A model generated the notes under the pieces. That model ran no database searches and had not been told where the DNA came from. It saw only the letters and a program-made list of their open reading frames with translations. From the NCBI RefSeq assembly GCF_009914755.1, contig NC_060927.1: a stretch of 64,000 bases of DNA; one strand, given 5' to 3'. Source of the stretch: the human T2T-CHM13v2.0 reference genome, Homo sapiens. How positions within the stretch are numbered: the stretch's first letter is position 1; every line of letters begins with the position of its first letter. Positions 1-16,670 of this stretch are shown in pieces. The translations under genes were made by a program, and so were the position numbers.

Positions 1-790
1 GATAACTAGAATAACCAATGCAGAGAAGTCCTTAAAGGAGCTGATGGAGCTGAAAGCCAAGGCTTGAGAACTACGTGAAGAATGTAGAAGCCTCAGGAGC
101 CGATGCGATCAGCTGGAAGAAAGGGTATCAGTGATGGAAGACTAAATGAATGAAATGAAGCAAGAAGGGAAGTTTAGAGAAAGAATAATAAAAAGAAATG
201 AACAAAGACTCCAAGAAATATGGGACTATGTGAAAAGACCAAATCTACATTTGATTGGTGTACCTGAAAGTGACGGGGAGAATGGAACCAAGTTGGAAAA
301 CACTCTGCAGGATATTATCCAGGAGAACTTCCCCAACCTAGCAAGGCAGGCCAACATTCAGATTCAAGAAATACAGAGAATGCTACAAAGATACTCCTCG
401 AGAAGAGCAACTCCAAGACACATAACTGTCAGATTCACCAAAGTTGAAATGAAGGAAAAAATGTTAAGGGCAGCCAGAGAGAAAGATCAGGTTACCCACA
501 AAGGGAAGTCCATCAGACTTACAGCAGATCTCTCTGCAGAAACTCTACAAGCCAGAAGAGAGTGGGGGCCAACATTCAACATTCATAAAGAAAACAATTT
601 TCAACCTAGAATTTCATATCCAGCCAAACTAAGCTTCATAAGTGAAGGAGAAATAAAATACTTTACAGACAAGCAAATGCTGAGAGATTTTGTCACCACC
701 AGGCCTGCCCTAAAAGAGCTCCTCAAGGAAGCACTAAACATGGATAGGAACAACCGGTACCAGCCACTGCAAAAACACGCCAAAATGTAA
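1..790 (+). pseudogene. L1 ORF1p remnant (coiled coil-RRM-CTD) with premature stop
   Basis: 146..790 translates to ORF1p ending QPLQKHAKM; TAA at 143-145 replaces the GAA seen in the L1HS copy. Confidence 0.92.
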
Positions 791-853
791 AGACCATCAA
801 GGCTAGGAAGAAACTGCATCAACTACCGAGCAAAATAACCAGCTAACATCATA

Positions 854-4681
<3,828 letters not shown>

Positions 4682-4924
4682 ACAATGAGAACATATGGAC
4701 ACAGGAAGGGGAACATCACACTCCGGGGACTGTTATGGGGTGGGGGGCGGGGGGAGGGATAGCATTAGGAGATATACCTAATGCTAAATGACGAGTTAAT
4801 GGGTGCAGCATACCAACATGGCACATGTATACATATGTAACAAATCTGCACATTGTGCACATGTACCCTAAAAGTATAATAATAATAAAATTTAAAAAAA
4901 AGAAAAAAAAAGCATTAAACAATG

Positions 4925-5153
4925 ATGGGCCTAGCCTCCCAGCTTACATCTTTCTCCCATGCTTGATGCTTCCTGCCCTTGAACATCGGACTCCAGGTTC
5001 TTCAGTTTCGGCACTCTGACTGGCTCTCCTTGCTCTTCAACTTGCAGACAGCCTGTTGTGGGACCCTGTGATTATATAAGTTAATACTTAATAAACTCCC
5101 CCTTATATATATCCTATTAGTTCTGTCCCTCTAAGACAACCCTGACAAATACA
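4925..5153 (+). mobile_element. MLT2A1 (HERV-L LTR), 3' half
   Basis: GGCCTAGCCTCCCAGC(T)TACATCTTTCTCCC...TTAATAAACTCCC...GTTCTGTCCCTCTA...CCCTGAC(A)AATACA terminus typical of MLT2A1. Confidence 0.85.
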
Positions 5154-5499
5154 GATGCCAAGATGGATTGATGTTGTACACGATATATAAAATTTTTGTC
5201 AATTAAAAAAAATTGAGAAAAGAAGGAATGACTTGAAATATAGCAAAGGTGTCTTCAACACAGTAACCAAGCTGAAACTTGGTTCTTGGTGTGCACAGTT
5301 ACAATAGCAAGCCTAGTACCTACTAGTAGATATATAAAGGCATCAAAGTAGATTTTGCCTTCTATTCACCACTGCAAGACCAAATACATAATAGCTAATA
5401 ATGGACAGCAGATAGATGATTGGCACCCGAAGAACAATTGCAGAAATGATTAAGAAACCTAAGTAGACATTGCATGAGTAGACTCATGTCTATCCCATC

Positions 5500-5905
5500 C
5501 CACATGATCAGTCCAATTTAATCACCCTATTCAATCCTCTGGGGGCTCAGCTGGTCCAAGGAGGGGCACGGGTCTTTGGCCCAAACAAACTGAAGAGAAG
5601 GAACTATATTATGTAGTTGGCTAGGAGATTTTTCTTCTCTCTCACATTGGATGTGAAAAGCATGACGCTTCAATTTACATAAAGTCTCCAGGAGAACCAG
5701 CAAAGGATGAAGCTGATGCAGAAGATCACAGAGCAGAGAGACGAAAGTTATTGGGTTCCTGTGACATTGTTGAGCTGCTGAATCACTGAAATATAAAGCC
5801 TGCGCTACCTCTTATCTTCCTGTTATATAAGAAAATAAATGTCCTTTAGGCCATTTCAGTGTAGGATTCTATTACTTTGAATTTGCAGCAGAAAGTATCC
5901 TGAGA
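5500..5905 (+). mobile_element. Old MaLR LTR (MLT1J/K/L-like)
   Basis: GATGAAGCTGATGCAGAAG...GTGACATTGTTGAGCTGCTGAATC...AATAAATG...TTGCAGCAGAAAGTATCCTGA resembles the MLT1 3' region; degraded. Confidence 0.6.
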
Positions 5906-6009
5906 GGTAAGGCAAATATTCAATATACAATCACAACTATCCAGGGTTTCTTTTATGCTTAGAGCCACATCAGAATTTTTACTTTTTTTTTGTTTTAGCA
6001 GAAAGAGGC

Positions 6010-6190
6010 CACCTAATCTGAACTCATTTACGGATTAGGAAACTGAAGTTCAGAAAGGCTGAATGAGTTGCCTGAGAAGGCACAACTCAGAAATAGTAGA
6101 GTCAGGACTTGACATCCCCAACTCAGGCATTAATCTGTTCATCCAACAGCATTTATGGGTATCTACTATGTGCCAGGCACTGTGCTCTTT
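6010..6190. mobile_element. MIR fragment followed by an L2 3'-end fragment
   Basis: GGAAACTGAAGTTCAGAAAGG (MIR core, minus strand); TTCATCCAACAGCATTTATGGGTATCTACTATGTGCCAGGCACTGTGCT (L2 tail, minus strand). Confidence 0.65.
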
Positions 6191-7044
6191 TGTCAGCATC
6201 ACCCCAGTTCCAAAAACATATCATGGAAATGAACTCTTAATACAGTATTTGCAACTGGAGCCAATGAACAATAATAAATGTTTCACAAGACCCTGTTAAG
6301 ACAGAAGCCACAGATACTCTTCACCAACCAGGAAATAAGAGTCACGTAAGGAAGAGATGGGAGGAATGTCAAGCTGATTGGAGAGATTTATCAGAATTTA
6401 AAAAAAAAATTCCAGTACACCCAGAGAAGACAGGTATGTAATAAGATTACCTGGGCTCATTCACTTTTTTCCTAGCTATAAAACTATAAAATGTATTCCT
6501 GTAAAAATCATATAAAAAATGAAAGATAAGGAAAATAAATGCCATTTTACTCAAGGCATATGTACTTGAGCTCAAGTCAGGAGTGCCACAGTCCATCAAC
6601 TCAACTGAAAAGAATTTAGGAAGGTACAAGGTGAAGTAAAAACAGATACCAGTTTTTCAGCAATAACATCAGCAAAGGCTGATATGGAGTCTTGTCAGTT
6701 TTGTTAGCATAAAGCATGGCATTTGGAAGGCAGAAGTGCCTCACCAGAACAGGGAGCAGCCAAACCCATTGTGGCTTCAGCTCCATCAGAAGAATCTTGG
6801 TGCCTTGAGCAAGGCCATCTCTACCACATGAGCATGTGAGAGCCAAGTTGGATAATACTGAAGTGGTAGGTCAGTCAGTGCTTGCCGCACTCACAGCCTG
6901 TTTTGAGAAAAGCAGTTCTTTGAGCAGGGAAGGCCATCTTCTGTACACATGAATAGCCTCACTCCAGCCAGAACTCTGTGAACTTGACCCAAGGTCAGCC
7001 AACTCAAAGACTGGCCATCAATCCATGAAGGTAACTGAACATGG

Positions 7045-7230
7045 CTTTTGAAAAATGTAGGCTCCTAACCTCTACCCCAGAACCATCAGCTCAGATTATC
7101 TGGAGTGGATTCCCAAACTTTCTCTTCAGCAAGGTGATTGTCATGCACAAAGCTAAAGTTTTAAAAATATTGATCTAATTCAGACTGTTCATTTTTATAG
7201 ATGAAGAAACTGAGGCACAGAGAGGTCACA
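7045..7230. mobile_element. MER5A-like hAT fragment plus MIR fragment
   Basis: CTACCCCAGA...GGTGATTGTCATGCACA..AAAGTTT (MER5A-like); ATTTTTATAGATGAAGAAACTGAGGCACAGAGAGG (MIR). Confidence 0.6.
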
Positions 7231-10200
7231 AAAACAAAACTACTTGTTTTTCATGTATATTTACCTTTTCTATCAGAGATACTACCACTGAACAGATGGC
7301 TTTCCTTGATGGATGGTTTCATTAGCAGTGTCTGAATACTTATCTTCTGTTTGCCATGTGTTTCTCTTCCTGTGTTTGCGTTTTGCATTCATTCATTCAT
7401 TCACTATGTAGTTGGCTAGGACACTTATTGAGTGTCCATTATGGACCAAGTCTTTTCCTAGGTTCCAGCAAACAGAATCCCAAAATCTCTGATCAAGAAA
7501 TTATGTGTTGCCTCCATAAATAAAATTATAAACAAGATTTATTTCTATTTGTATCACCCTTCATTCTAAATACCCACGTGCTTACGATGTCCTTACCTAG
7601 CAGTCTTCCAATAAGAATTATTGACAGAACAGATCCACTGTCGTGCCGAATTTCATCCCCCACAAAAATCAAAAACTAAATCTTGCTGTGTTCTTACTTA
7701 GAAATAGGAAGAAATATGTCTCCTTACAATGAGGCATTCGCTAATGCAGCCAGATTTTAAACTGTTCACCCAGATTTAAGACCATCTAGATTTCTAACAG
7801 AGCAATGGTCATTAAACATCTAATAACCACCCAGGCACAAAGAAGACCATTAGCTGTGCAAACCGGCATGTATCCAACAGAGATGATCTGGGCACACAGT
7901 CCCTGTTGCTCTCATTTGAAATGTTTCTCTCTTTTATTGTCTGAAGATCATGATAAAATGCCTCTAAGCAGTACAAAAGGGCCATGATTTTTATTAAAAT
8001 TGAGCACATAAAGAGACCAAAAAGAAAAAAAGAAAGTACTTGCCAATGGAGGCAAGGAATAGGTCACAGAAAAAACTAGACATGAGGGAGAGGACATTGG
8101 GAGAGGCACTTAGAGGGCCGGGATGCTGGAGTAAAAACTAGCTGTGACTCAAGTGGAAGGTTCTGAACATAGGAAGGATGTAAACATGTCAGTCAACAAG
8201 ATCACCATTAGTTTCCTCACAGTTTGAAGGGGCAGGGGTCATGGAACAGAGACAGGGAGTGGATCTGCCCAGACCTTCCATCCGCCACTTACTGGACCTC
8301 ATTGTTAGAGGAGGTTAAGGGGCATAGGAAGAAAAGTACTGAAGAGGAACGAAAGTGGCAGGGAAGAGAAAAGTGTTAGAAGAAAAATATAGCCTGGTCC
8401 CTTGCATAATTTCAGAGGGAGCACAGGAAATTTAAACTGTCGAAGCAAGAAATAAAAATAATACCTACAACCCTTAAATATAGCACTTTACATTTTGTGA
8501 AGTGTTTCAGAGCCATTTTCTCCTTGACACTACCTCCTCACTCCATTTTTCCTTGGCCGCCGCTTATCATCTCTGGGTGCTGAAGTCTCTTGATGTGAAC
8601 AGAATGGAGAACACTTTGGTCTTTACCTCTCACCTCTACACCTTTTGTTTCCCAGGAACAGAGGCCACAAAAGAGCTGTAAGAGCAGAGTGAAGCAGGCT
8701 CATCCTGGTAATTTGTAGTTTTGCCGATAAAGAACACTTTCCTCACCACATGTGCAGTGGATCCTGACACCAGAGCTTCAAAGAGGTAATCCTACAAATG
8801 ATCCCAGGAAATCTGTCACATCACTGGCAAAATCAGCACATGACAGTCATTCTACATTTAGGGAGGGAGCGCCTCTCAATGTGACACAATAAATGAGAAA
8901 AGCACCATCAATAAACCACCAAGGAACAAAGGAAACCTGAATCAAAATGACAGTCAGGCTGCTCAAGATCAGTGAACTATGAAGCCAAGTATTTAAATGT
9001 TTAAAGATATAATGAAATTTCCCTTTCAATCTACATAGTCTCATATGGCCAAGAACATCACAGAAGTCCTTAATAATAGCTGATAGGCTTTGCTTGAAAG
9101 CTGGGTCCCCTACTTTGTAGTAATAGAGATGTTACTGGTACATGTCACATCTTCCTCACATGGACAAGCTTGCAACCCACTATTCTCCTGCCACCATTAA
9201 AATGATAGATTGCTAGGTTTTTGTAATTGTCATAAAATTCCATGCCTGAAATGGGGATGCTGTCTTCCTATTTTCCCACTGACTCTATTTTAAGTGACTC
9301 TTTTAATGGTATTTCTCTACTTGAAATAATTGGATAATCTAAAACTGAGAAATAAGCACTTTCCTTTCCTCATTGTTTTATCTTCTTTATCTCTCACAGC
9401 CCCAGGAGATCACAAATATTTGGCCTTAGGGCAATATCAGCAGTTAATGATTCATGTTCAAAGCTCAAAGTTGTCTAATTAACAAAAGGCAATGTTTTAC
9501 AGAGGCCATTTTTGCTTTCAAGTTAATAGCACACCGTACATACAAAGGGTGGATTGTATCCAGGTCTTCAAGCTTGCAGTCTGCTACTAATTGAAGACGT
9601 TCTAATTTCACTTTTTTTCTGACCCAAACTTCAAGTCATTAAAAATTAATTATTTTCATTTGTTTCATTCTGACTTATCAGCACCCGTGTAGTACAGTTC
9701 ACACATCACATCCTCCTATTATGTGCTCATAAAAATTACGTTTTGGTGTTTATTAAAATATGCACTTGATTAATGAAAATATTATTAGCATATTTTCTGT
9801 GAATTGTATTCTTAATAGCATCAGTCATTAACAAAATCAGAATCTTTAAAATGTCTAACCATGTTCTTAATGTAAATGGTGGCCTAGGCTAAGTATTTCC
9901 TAGTAGCAGAAATTTGGTAAGATTTCTGGTACTGTATCACCAAAACATCATGAATTTTTATAGAGAGGGACTGACATTAAATACTGACATTTCCAAAATT
10001 ATAGTATGTATGCATGTTTCTGATGCCAACGGCTTTGATATCAGCACAAAATCCAACACATCAGATAAGACTTTTGTAGATTCATCATGATCTTGAATCT
10101 CAAAACAAAGCTGATTCCAAGGAAGTAAATGCTTGTTCCTCTATAATGCCTGGATACTTTGCACATCCATTTATTATAATTGCTTACTTTCTTGTCTGTG

Positions 10201-10239
10201 TCCATACTAGCAAGCAGAGAGTCTATCATTGCATCTTTG

Positions 10240-10482
10240 CAGTATAGCACAGTGGTTAAGAAAATAAACTCTCAACTGAAGGCTGTCTTGGTTTGAATTT
10301 CGGCTCCATGCTTCCTAGTTTATGTAACATGGACAAGGTACTTAAACTCTAAGTGCAGCTTTCTTATCTGTAAAATGAGCATAATGGCATCCATTTTTCT
10401 CCCAAATCTGATGGGAACAATAAAAGCATTCAGAGTGGCTTATATCTGGTTAATACCCATCAATTGTTAGCTATTATTATTT
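10240..10482 (+). mobile_element. MIR SINE, near full length
   Basis: GCACAGTGGTTAAG...GGTTTGAATTTCGGCTCCA...CTTATCTGTAAAATG...GTTAGCTATTATTATT. Confidence 0.8.
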
Positions 10483-12234
10483 GCATTTTTAGTATCCACA
10501 AACCAGGGATGAGAATATGGTAACTAGTCAGTGATTATTAAAAGAGTAAATAGATGAGTTAATAAGACAAACACTAGTATTCCTATCTATAGATGAGTAA
10601 AACCAGCCTCCATAAAGAAAAAAAAATCATTCCCAATTTCAGTCAAGTAGTAAGTGACAGAATCATTTTTCAAACTTGGGTCTATCTACGGCTAAACTAC
10701 AGGAGAAGGCTTGCTGTCTCCCAGAGGTCCCTGAGCTTCCTATTGGTTAGACAACACCTAAATTTCAAAAATGAATCAGGTGATTTTTTTGTTTTAGGAA
10801 TAATTTAAAAATTATTGGGCAGAAATGCCATGAACTTCCCCTCTCCCATCACTGCCAATTAATATACTAAAGAGCAATAGCTATGAAATTGGAACTTTGT
10901 TCCCAAATACTCTCCAGAACACATAAAAACGGGGGGCAGATGATATTCTCACAGTTAACTTTACATTTAAGTCTCTGCCGCTGTCAATCTTTGTCAAAAT
11001 GTCTTTCTTATAATTAAGAATCATGGTTCTCAGAGGAGACAAGTGGCAACTCAATAGCTCAAAACTTACTGAAAAATGCCACTGCATATTGAAGTGCCAC
11101 ACACTTGAGCATTCATACCCATCTCTCCAATCCCAATGGCTTTGCTCAGTGAAGAGAGCAAGGAAGCCATCCATGCAAGGACACTTTAAGTAGGTGTTCT
11201 CATTCTTCAATGATAATTACTTGAGTTACCACCTTTTACCATTGCTATGAAGAAAAGGATATTTTATGAGAAGGAAATGAGTTCATTTCTAAGCTCTAGG
11301 TAGGTGAAATCCCTTATATTTGTTCATCCCATAGAAGTTATTACTAAGATTGATGATCTTAATATATAGACTGTAAGGAAGATCCAGTTTTCACCCTGAA
11401 AGCCTTGCTGCTTTACCACCTTAATAGATACATGATTTTCTTCATACCGTCTCAGGCAAGAAAAGAAACTACAAACTACATGTTAGAGTTTTTAATTGTG
11501 CCTGATCTATCTACATTTTACAGGACTTCATTCTCAAAATACATGCTTATAACACTTATTTTTTCCTTTCATACTTAGTATTCATCAAAGGGAATTGCAC
11601 TTTACTCTCCCAGAGCTAAAAAAGATGATCTAATTAAAAATATTAAAGAATGAGCCATTAAAGAGTTGTCTGAAAAAATGTAATGTATGGAGTTCATGCA
11701 TGCACTCATTCAATAAGCAGGCTTTGAGCTGCTATAACCCTCAGGGGGCATGTCCTAGAGATAATGAGATCTTAGTATTAAACACCTCTGTAACAGAAAT
11801 ATTATCGTACAACAATGTAGCAATATGGCTAGACATTTGGAAATTAAAAAAATAATTCCAGACCTATCAAATTGTTTTGTTGAAGGCAACAGGCAACAAA
11901 AGATGTCTAAATATTCAAATTTCAGAAAATATACTCCCCAGGTACCTTGATCTTAGACGTTATTGGGAAGCAAAAACAGAACCAAAATTTAGAATCAAAA
12001 AGTCATCATATAAAAAATATGGCAAGCATACCAACCTTTCAGTATCCGTACTCTCTCTATACCTTTCTTCCTGTTAATAATATAGTATTCTTATCCCTAA
12101 GAAAGCAACCTCACCTCATCACAGGCTTTTTTCTACAATTAATGGATCTACTGCATGATTTCCAACAGCATGTAAACATGGTCTATATCACCCAACAAAA
12201 AAAAAGGTGTGTATATGTGGTGGTTGCAGGGGCG

Positions 12235-12652
12235 GGGGGATAGATTGCATTATTGTTTTCAAGTGCTCACTATTTCTTCATTTGTGTACATTACCATAGG
12301 CAGTGAAGTGTCTTACAGAAGGAGTGTACTTTTCTGCCCATTGACATTGGGCTTGCCATGTAACTTGATTTGGTCAATGGAATGTGTGTAAATGTGTAGT
12401 ATGGCAAATTCAAGCTGAAGATTTGAGACATTGCAAGGCATGGTTCTGTCTCTCACTTCTTCTCTCTTCTATCAAAAGGATATGTCCCAGATTGGGGGAG
12501 CTCTGTCAGCTTGTGTCCAGTCATAAGACACATGGTACAGGGCATAGCTGACCTCTAGCTACTGACATGGAATGTGATCAAGAAACAAACCAATTTTGTT
12601 TGAAGCTTTTAGTTGGTTTTTGTCACTGCAGTATAATCCCATCTAGCTCTAC
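12235..12652 (+). mobile_element. MaLR LTR (MLT1I-like)
   Basis: CCATTGACATTGGGCTTG..ATGTAACTTGATTTGGTCAATGGAATG...GTCCCAGAT..GGGGAGCTC...TTTGTCACTGCAG. Confidence 0.7.
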
Positions 12653-12699
12653 ACATCCATGTTTCTCTGCTCTCTAAGCGGCTATCTCTACTTCTCCTT

Positions 12700-13275
12700 C
12701 TATTCTCCCTCAATCCTCTAAAACCAGGCTTCTTTCCCACCAACTGCTCCTTCCCTTTCCAATGAAACCACTCTTAACAGGGTGTCTTCCATATTTCCAA
12801 CTCAAATGATCATCTCTCTTCATCTCTTTTGACCTCTCAGCAGTATTTATCATTGTTGTCCACTCCCTCCTGCTTAAAATATTCCCTTCTCTTGATTTCT
12901 CACGATTTGCCTTCCATATCACTGGCCATTACTTCTTAGTCACTTTTGCTAGTTCTCTCTCCTGTTTCAATCATTGAAGTGTGAATACACCAAGCTTTCC
13001 TTTAGTCTTCTTTTCTGTCCCTACATTCTTCAAACTCTACATTAATCCTCATCTAGACCTCTGTTTTAAATATAATATGTATAACAAGGACTCTCTAGCC
13101 CTGACCTCTTAATTTAGCCCCAAAGTTATCTGTTTAGCTAACTGCTTGACATCCTCATCTATGTGTCTATAGGCATTTCAGTCTTAACTTGGCCAAAGTA
13201 TGATTGTTGATTTTTCCTGTGTAGATCTGTCCCTCCCACAATCTTCCCCATCTCAGCAAATGGCATCACTATGTA
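12700..13275 (+). mobile_element. L2 LINE fragment
   Basis: TTGACCTCTCAGCAGTATTT...CACTCCCTCCT (L2 RT-region motif) and TCTTCCCCATCTCAGCAAATGGCATCAC. Confidence 0.75.
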
Positions 13276-13284
13276 CGTAGTTGA

Positions 13285-13527
13285 TTAAGCCAAGGACTGA
13301 AATCAGGGTGATGGGGCTACAAGCCAAAAATTATCAAAGGTTAACAACAAACCACCAAAAACTAAGGAAGACGCATGGAACAAGTTCTTCCCCACAGCCT
13401 TCAGAAGTAACCAACCCTACTGATACCTTTATCTTCTGGCCTCCAGAACTATGGAAGAACAAATTTCTGTTGTTTAAACCACCCAGTTTGTGGTACTTTG
13501 TTTTGGCAGCCCTGGAAATCTAATACA
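13285..13527 (+). mobile_element. MaLR LTR 3' part (MLT1B/C-like)
   Basis: CTTCTGGCCTCCAGAACT...AAATTTCTGTTGTTTAAACCACCCAGTTTGTGGTACTTTGTT..GGCAGCCCTGGAAATCTAATACA. Confidence 0.85.
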
Positions 13528-16059
13528 AGCCCCTGTTCTGCCAAGTTGGTAGGAGGTGGAATTTCAACCCTTAGGGACATTTCCACCCCCCCCCGCCATC
13601 ATGCTCTGGAGATGTCTTTAGACTCCAGTATAAAAACCAGGCCAAGCCAGAGGACTGACCCCAGGGAAGTGAGCCTAGAAAAAAGGGTCACCTTTGACCA
13701 GCTTACCTAGGGATCCCAGTCTGGACACAACACCATTCTCTTTCCAGATCCTGCTACCTGGCATGCTGCCAAGCTTTATGGTGCTGGTCTCCGATACACT
13801 TGGGACCTATAATGTCATTCTCTGCCCCACTTCTACTTTAGGGAATTTCTCATCTCTCTCCCTCTTCTGCCTCCCCTTCCTCAATAACAATCACAAAAGG
13901 CAACTAGAAAAATTATTTTCAAGCAGCTTCTACTTTAAGTTTGAGAAATGCCCTTGACTTGAAGAACACAAAAGATCTGGCTACCTTCAGAAAAAAAGAG
14001 GCCAAGATTTGTGAATATCACATATACAGTGATTCTCATTCTTGCTGTCTGATTCTTTTCTTTCTCATTCTTTCTGTCACTCTGATTCTTTCACATCAGC
14101 CAAAATAAAACAAACTAATCTCTTAATAATTTATTTTGTCAAAGCAGGGATGTCTATCTAGGTAAGGCTTACCTGATAACAACTTCATGATACACAGATG
14201 GTATCATGTACCAAGACCGTCACCCTGTGATATGCTCATAACCAGGATCTGTCTCATAATCAGCATAGCAACCTAGCCACAACACAGAAAAATCTTCAAA
14301 GGATTCAATAAGCTGCAGAGCAGAAAGAGTTCAAGTTGTTTCTAGAGATCCAGTCACTTCTTCCATCACTACCCATGCTGTTTCTTCCTCCTCACAGCCT
14401 TGTTTTTGAAATTTTAGCCAATTTTGAAATTTTAACCAATTAAAAGAGGTCAAATACCATGCCCTACATTAGCAAGCTTTCTCCGGTGTTTGTCTTCTCT
14501 GCTCACAGGAACTCCCTATTTACTGTACATTTCAAACTCCCTCTGTTTCAGCAAATAAATCGGTGTCTGATGGTACACTCATTATAGTGCTGTTGTTTCT
14601 GAGAATAAGGTCCTCCAAGGTAATTAAATAAGGCTGGGGAGCTTTCTTATGAAACAAACAGCCCGCTGCTGCTTCTGCTGATAAATAACAATTTTCTCAA
14701 TAAAATGATGTTGTATGGATGCTGCAGTTGGGTTCTTGTTATGCTCATCAGCGAGCTCCTGAATGAGTCTAGATTTCCCCTCTTCACATAGGTACATGGC
14801 ATTAATGGTTATAAAAAAAAAGGGAAGATGTATGTACTGTTCTTCTCATAAAGAAAAAAATCTATTGGATGGGAGCTTAATGTATGTTTCTTGGTAGTAT
14901 CACCAGTAGATGCACTATAACTACCAAGAAGGACGTGGCCAGTTATATTTTATGGTTCTCCTTTCAATTCTAATAAGGAAGCATGTAATACTCACAAAGT
15001 ACATATTGCATTGTTTCACTGGAAGGCATTTATGAATGGATAAACTGGGTAATGAAAATTACTGGAAACTTGCATATTTTCCCACACAGACTTTTTATAG
15101 TAGGCATATGTAATCTGCCTTTCAATCCCTCATCTTGCAGCAATGAGCTGCAGGAGATTTGAATACTATCCCTACTGTGCAGAAATAAAAGTAAGAATAA
15201 ATTCTGATGATTCTATAATAGCTGGAGCTGAAAAGTCACAGCATTTTCCATTTAAGGGGTCCACATATTAGATCCAAACTGCTCAAGAAGTTTTAAGGTT
15301 TTCAAAATCTGTCATCCTCAGAGTTAAGATGAAATTCAACTTCTCTTGGTTTGGGGGTGGTCAGTTAAGGTAACATATCACTAGAAGAATTGGGATTCAT
15401 GATTTCTAAAGAAGTATTAAAGACTATAAAGAGCTTTTAAATTAAAATATCAAGAATTATAAAAGGAGTTTTTAACCATAAAGTCCTCTCCAAGGTATAA
15501 AAAACACATTATGGAATGATGAATTTTCATACTCAACTGAAGATATATTCTGAGATGTTTTCTTCTCTATGGTTGAAGCTTTACACATAACAAAAGCAAT
15601 TAGAATAAAAGAAAATATTAAGCTTTTCTGACAACATCAGGAACATTAATAATAAATGTAGATTTCAGTTCAGACTATTCTCTTCAAAATAATGGTTTCA
15701 GTTATTTGAGACTATTTGCTACTTGAACACAGCCCATATTTACTGCACAGCAATGATCCATAATTAAGCTTTAACTTTCCATGTGCCTAGATATGAGTCC
15801 ATTTTTAGTGATATTGATAAGATCTATGATGCATCACTACTTTTGGAAAATGTTGCTGATTCCAAAGATATTAGCACTGGATGCTATCTTTGAAATGATG
15901 CAGCATTGAGCAGTACTAATGTAGCTTAACTGTTGGTGAAATTGCCAGAGTATTAGCATGTCTAATGATTCCCTCTGTCTCTCAAGTTGATATCCTGCAG
16001 AGAGCAGAGCTCATGATCTTCTGTACTAGAGAGACACAATGTCATCCAGAGGGCAAAAA

Positions 16060-16670
16060 CCAGCTTATAAATCCTTATAAACCCTTCCTTCCTTCCCCAT
16101 TCTATAGATGTGTAAATTGAGGCTCAAAACTATTAAGTAATTTCCTGTAGTCACTGATAAATGGCAGAACCAGGATCAGAATCAAGGTTTGTCTTTCATT
16201 GCAAGTATTAAACTATTGGTATTAGACTACTGCAAGCCTCCTCCTGTATTTCATGTCATTCTATGCAATGCTGCAGATGGAGTGGTAATACACATGAGAG
16301 GTAAAATTGTAAAGAAGCATAGTTCATCCTTTTTGTGTCCCCAGGCCACTTTCAGATTCTCCCAGCCTTGATACTTACCTTCCTTTTTGTCTACTTCTCT
16401 TCCTCCCATCCAATGAACTCTAAGAAATAATATGACACCTGTCATTTATGAATTAGCATGAATTTCCATCAATAATACAGATTTTTGAGCTGCAAAGGAT
16501 GATAGAAACCATTTCTGAACCCAGTCATTTTACAGATGTGGAGACCTAGCCACAGAAAGGTTAAGGGACTTACCTGAGTTCACAGAGCTAATGATGTACA
16601 TACAGAACAGAAGCAAGAATTCTGTTTTGTGACTCCCAACTCACAGTTCTATTCATTATACCTTCACAAA
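16060..16670 (-). mobile_element. Two MIR fragments (about 16060-16230 and 16480-16670)
   Basis: CCCCATTCTATAGATGTGTAAATTGAGGCTC and CATTTTACAGATGTGGAGACC...GGTTAAGGGACTTACCTGAG. Confidence 0.65.
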
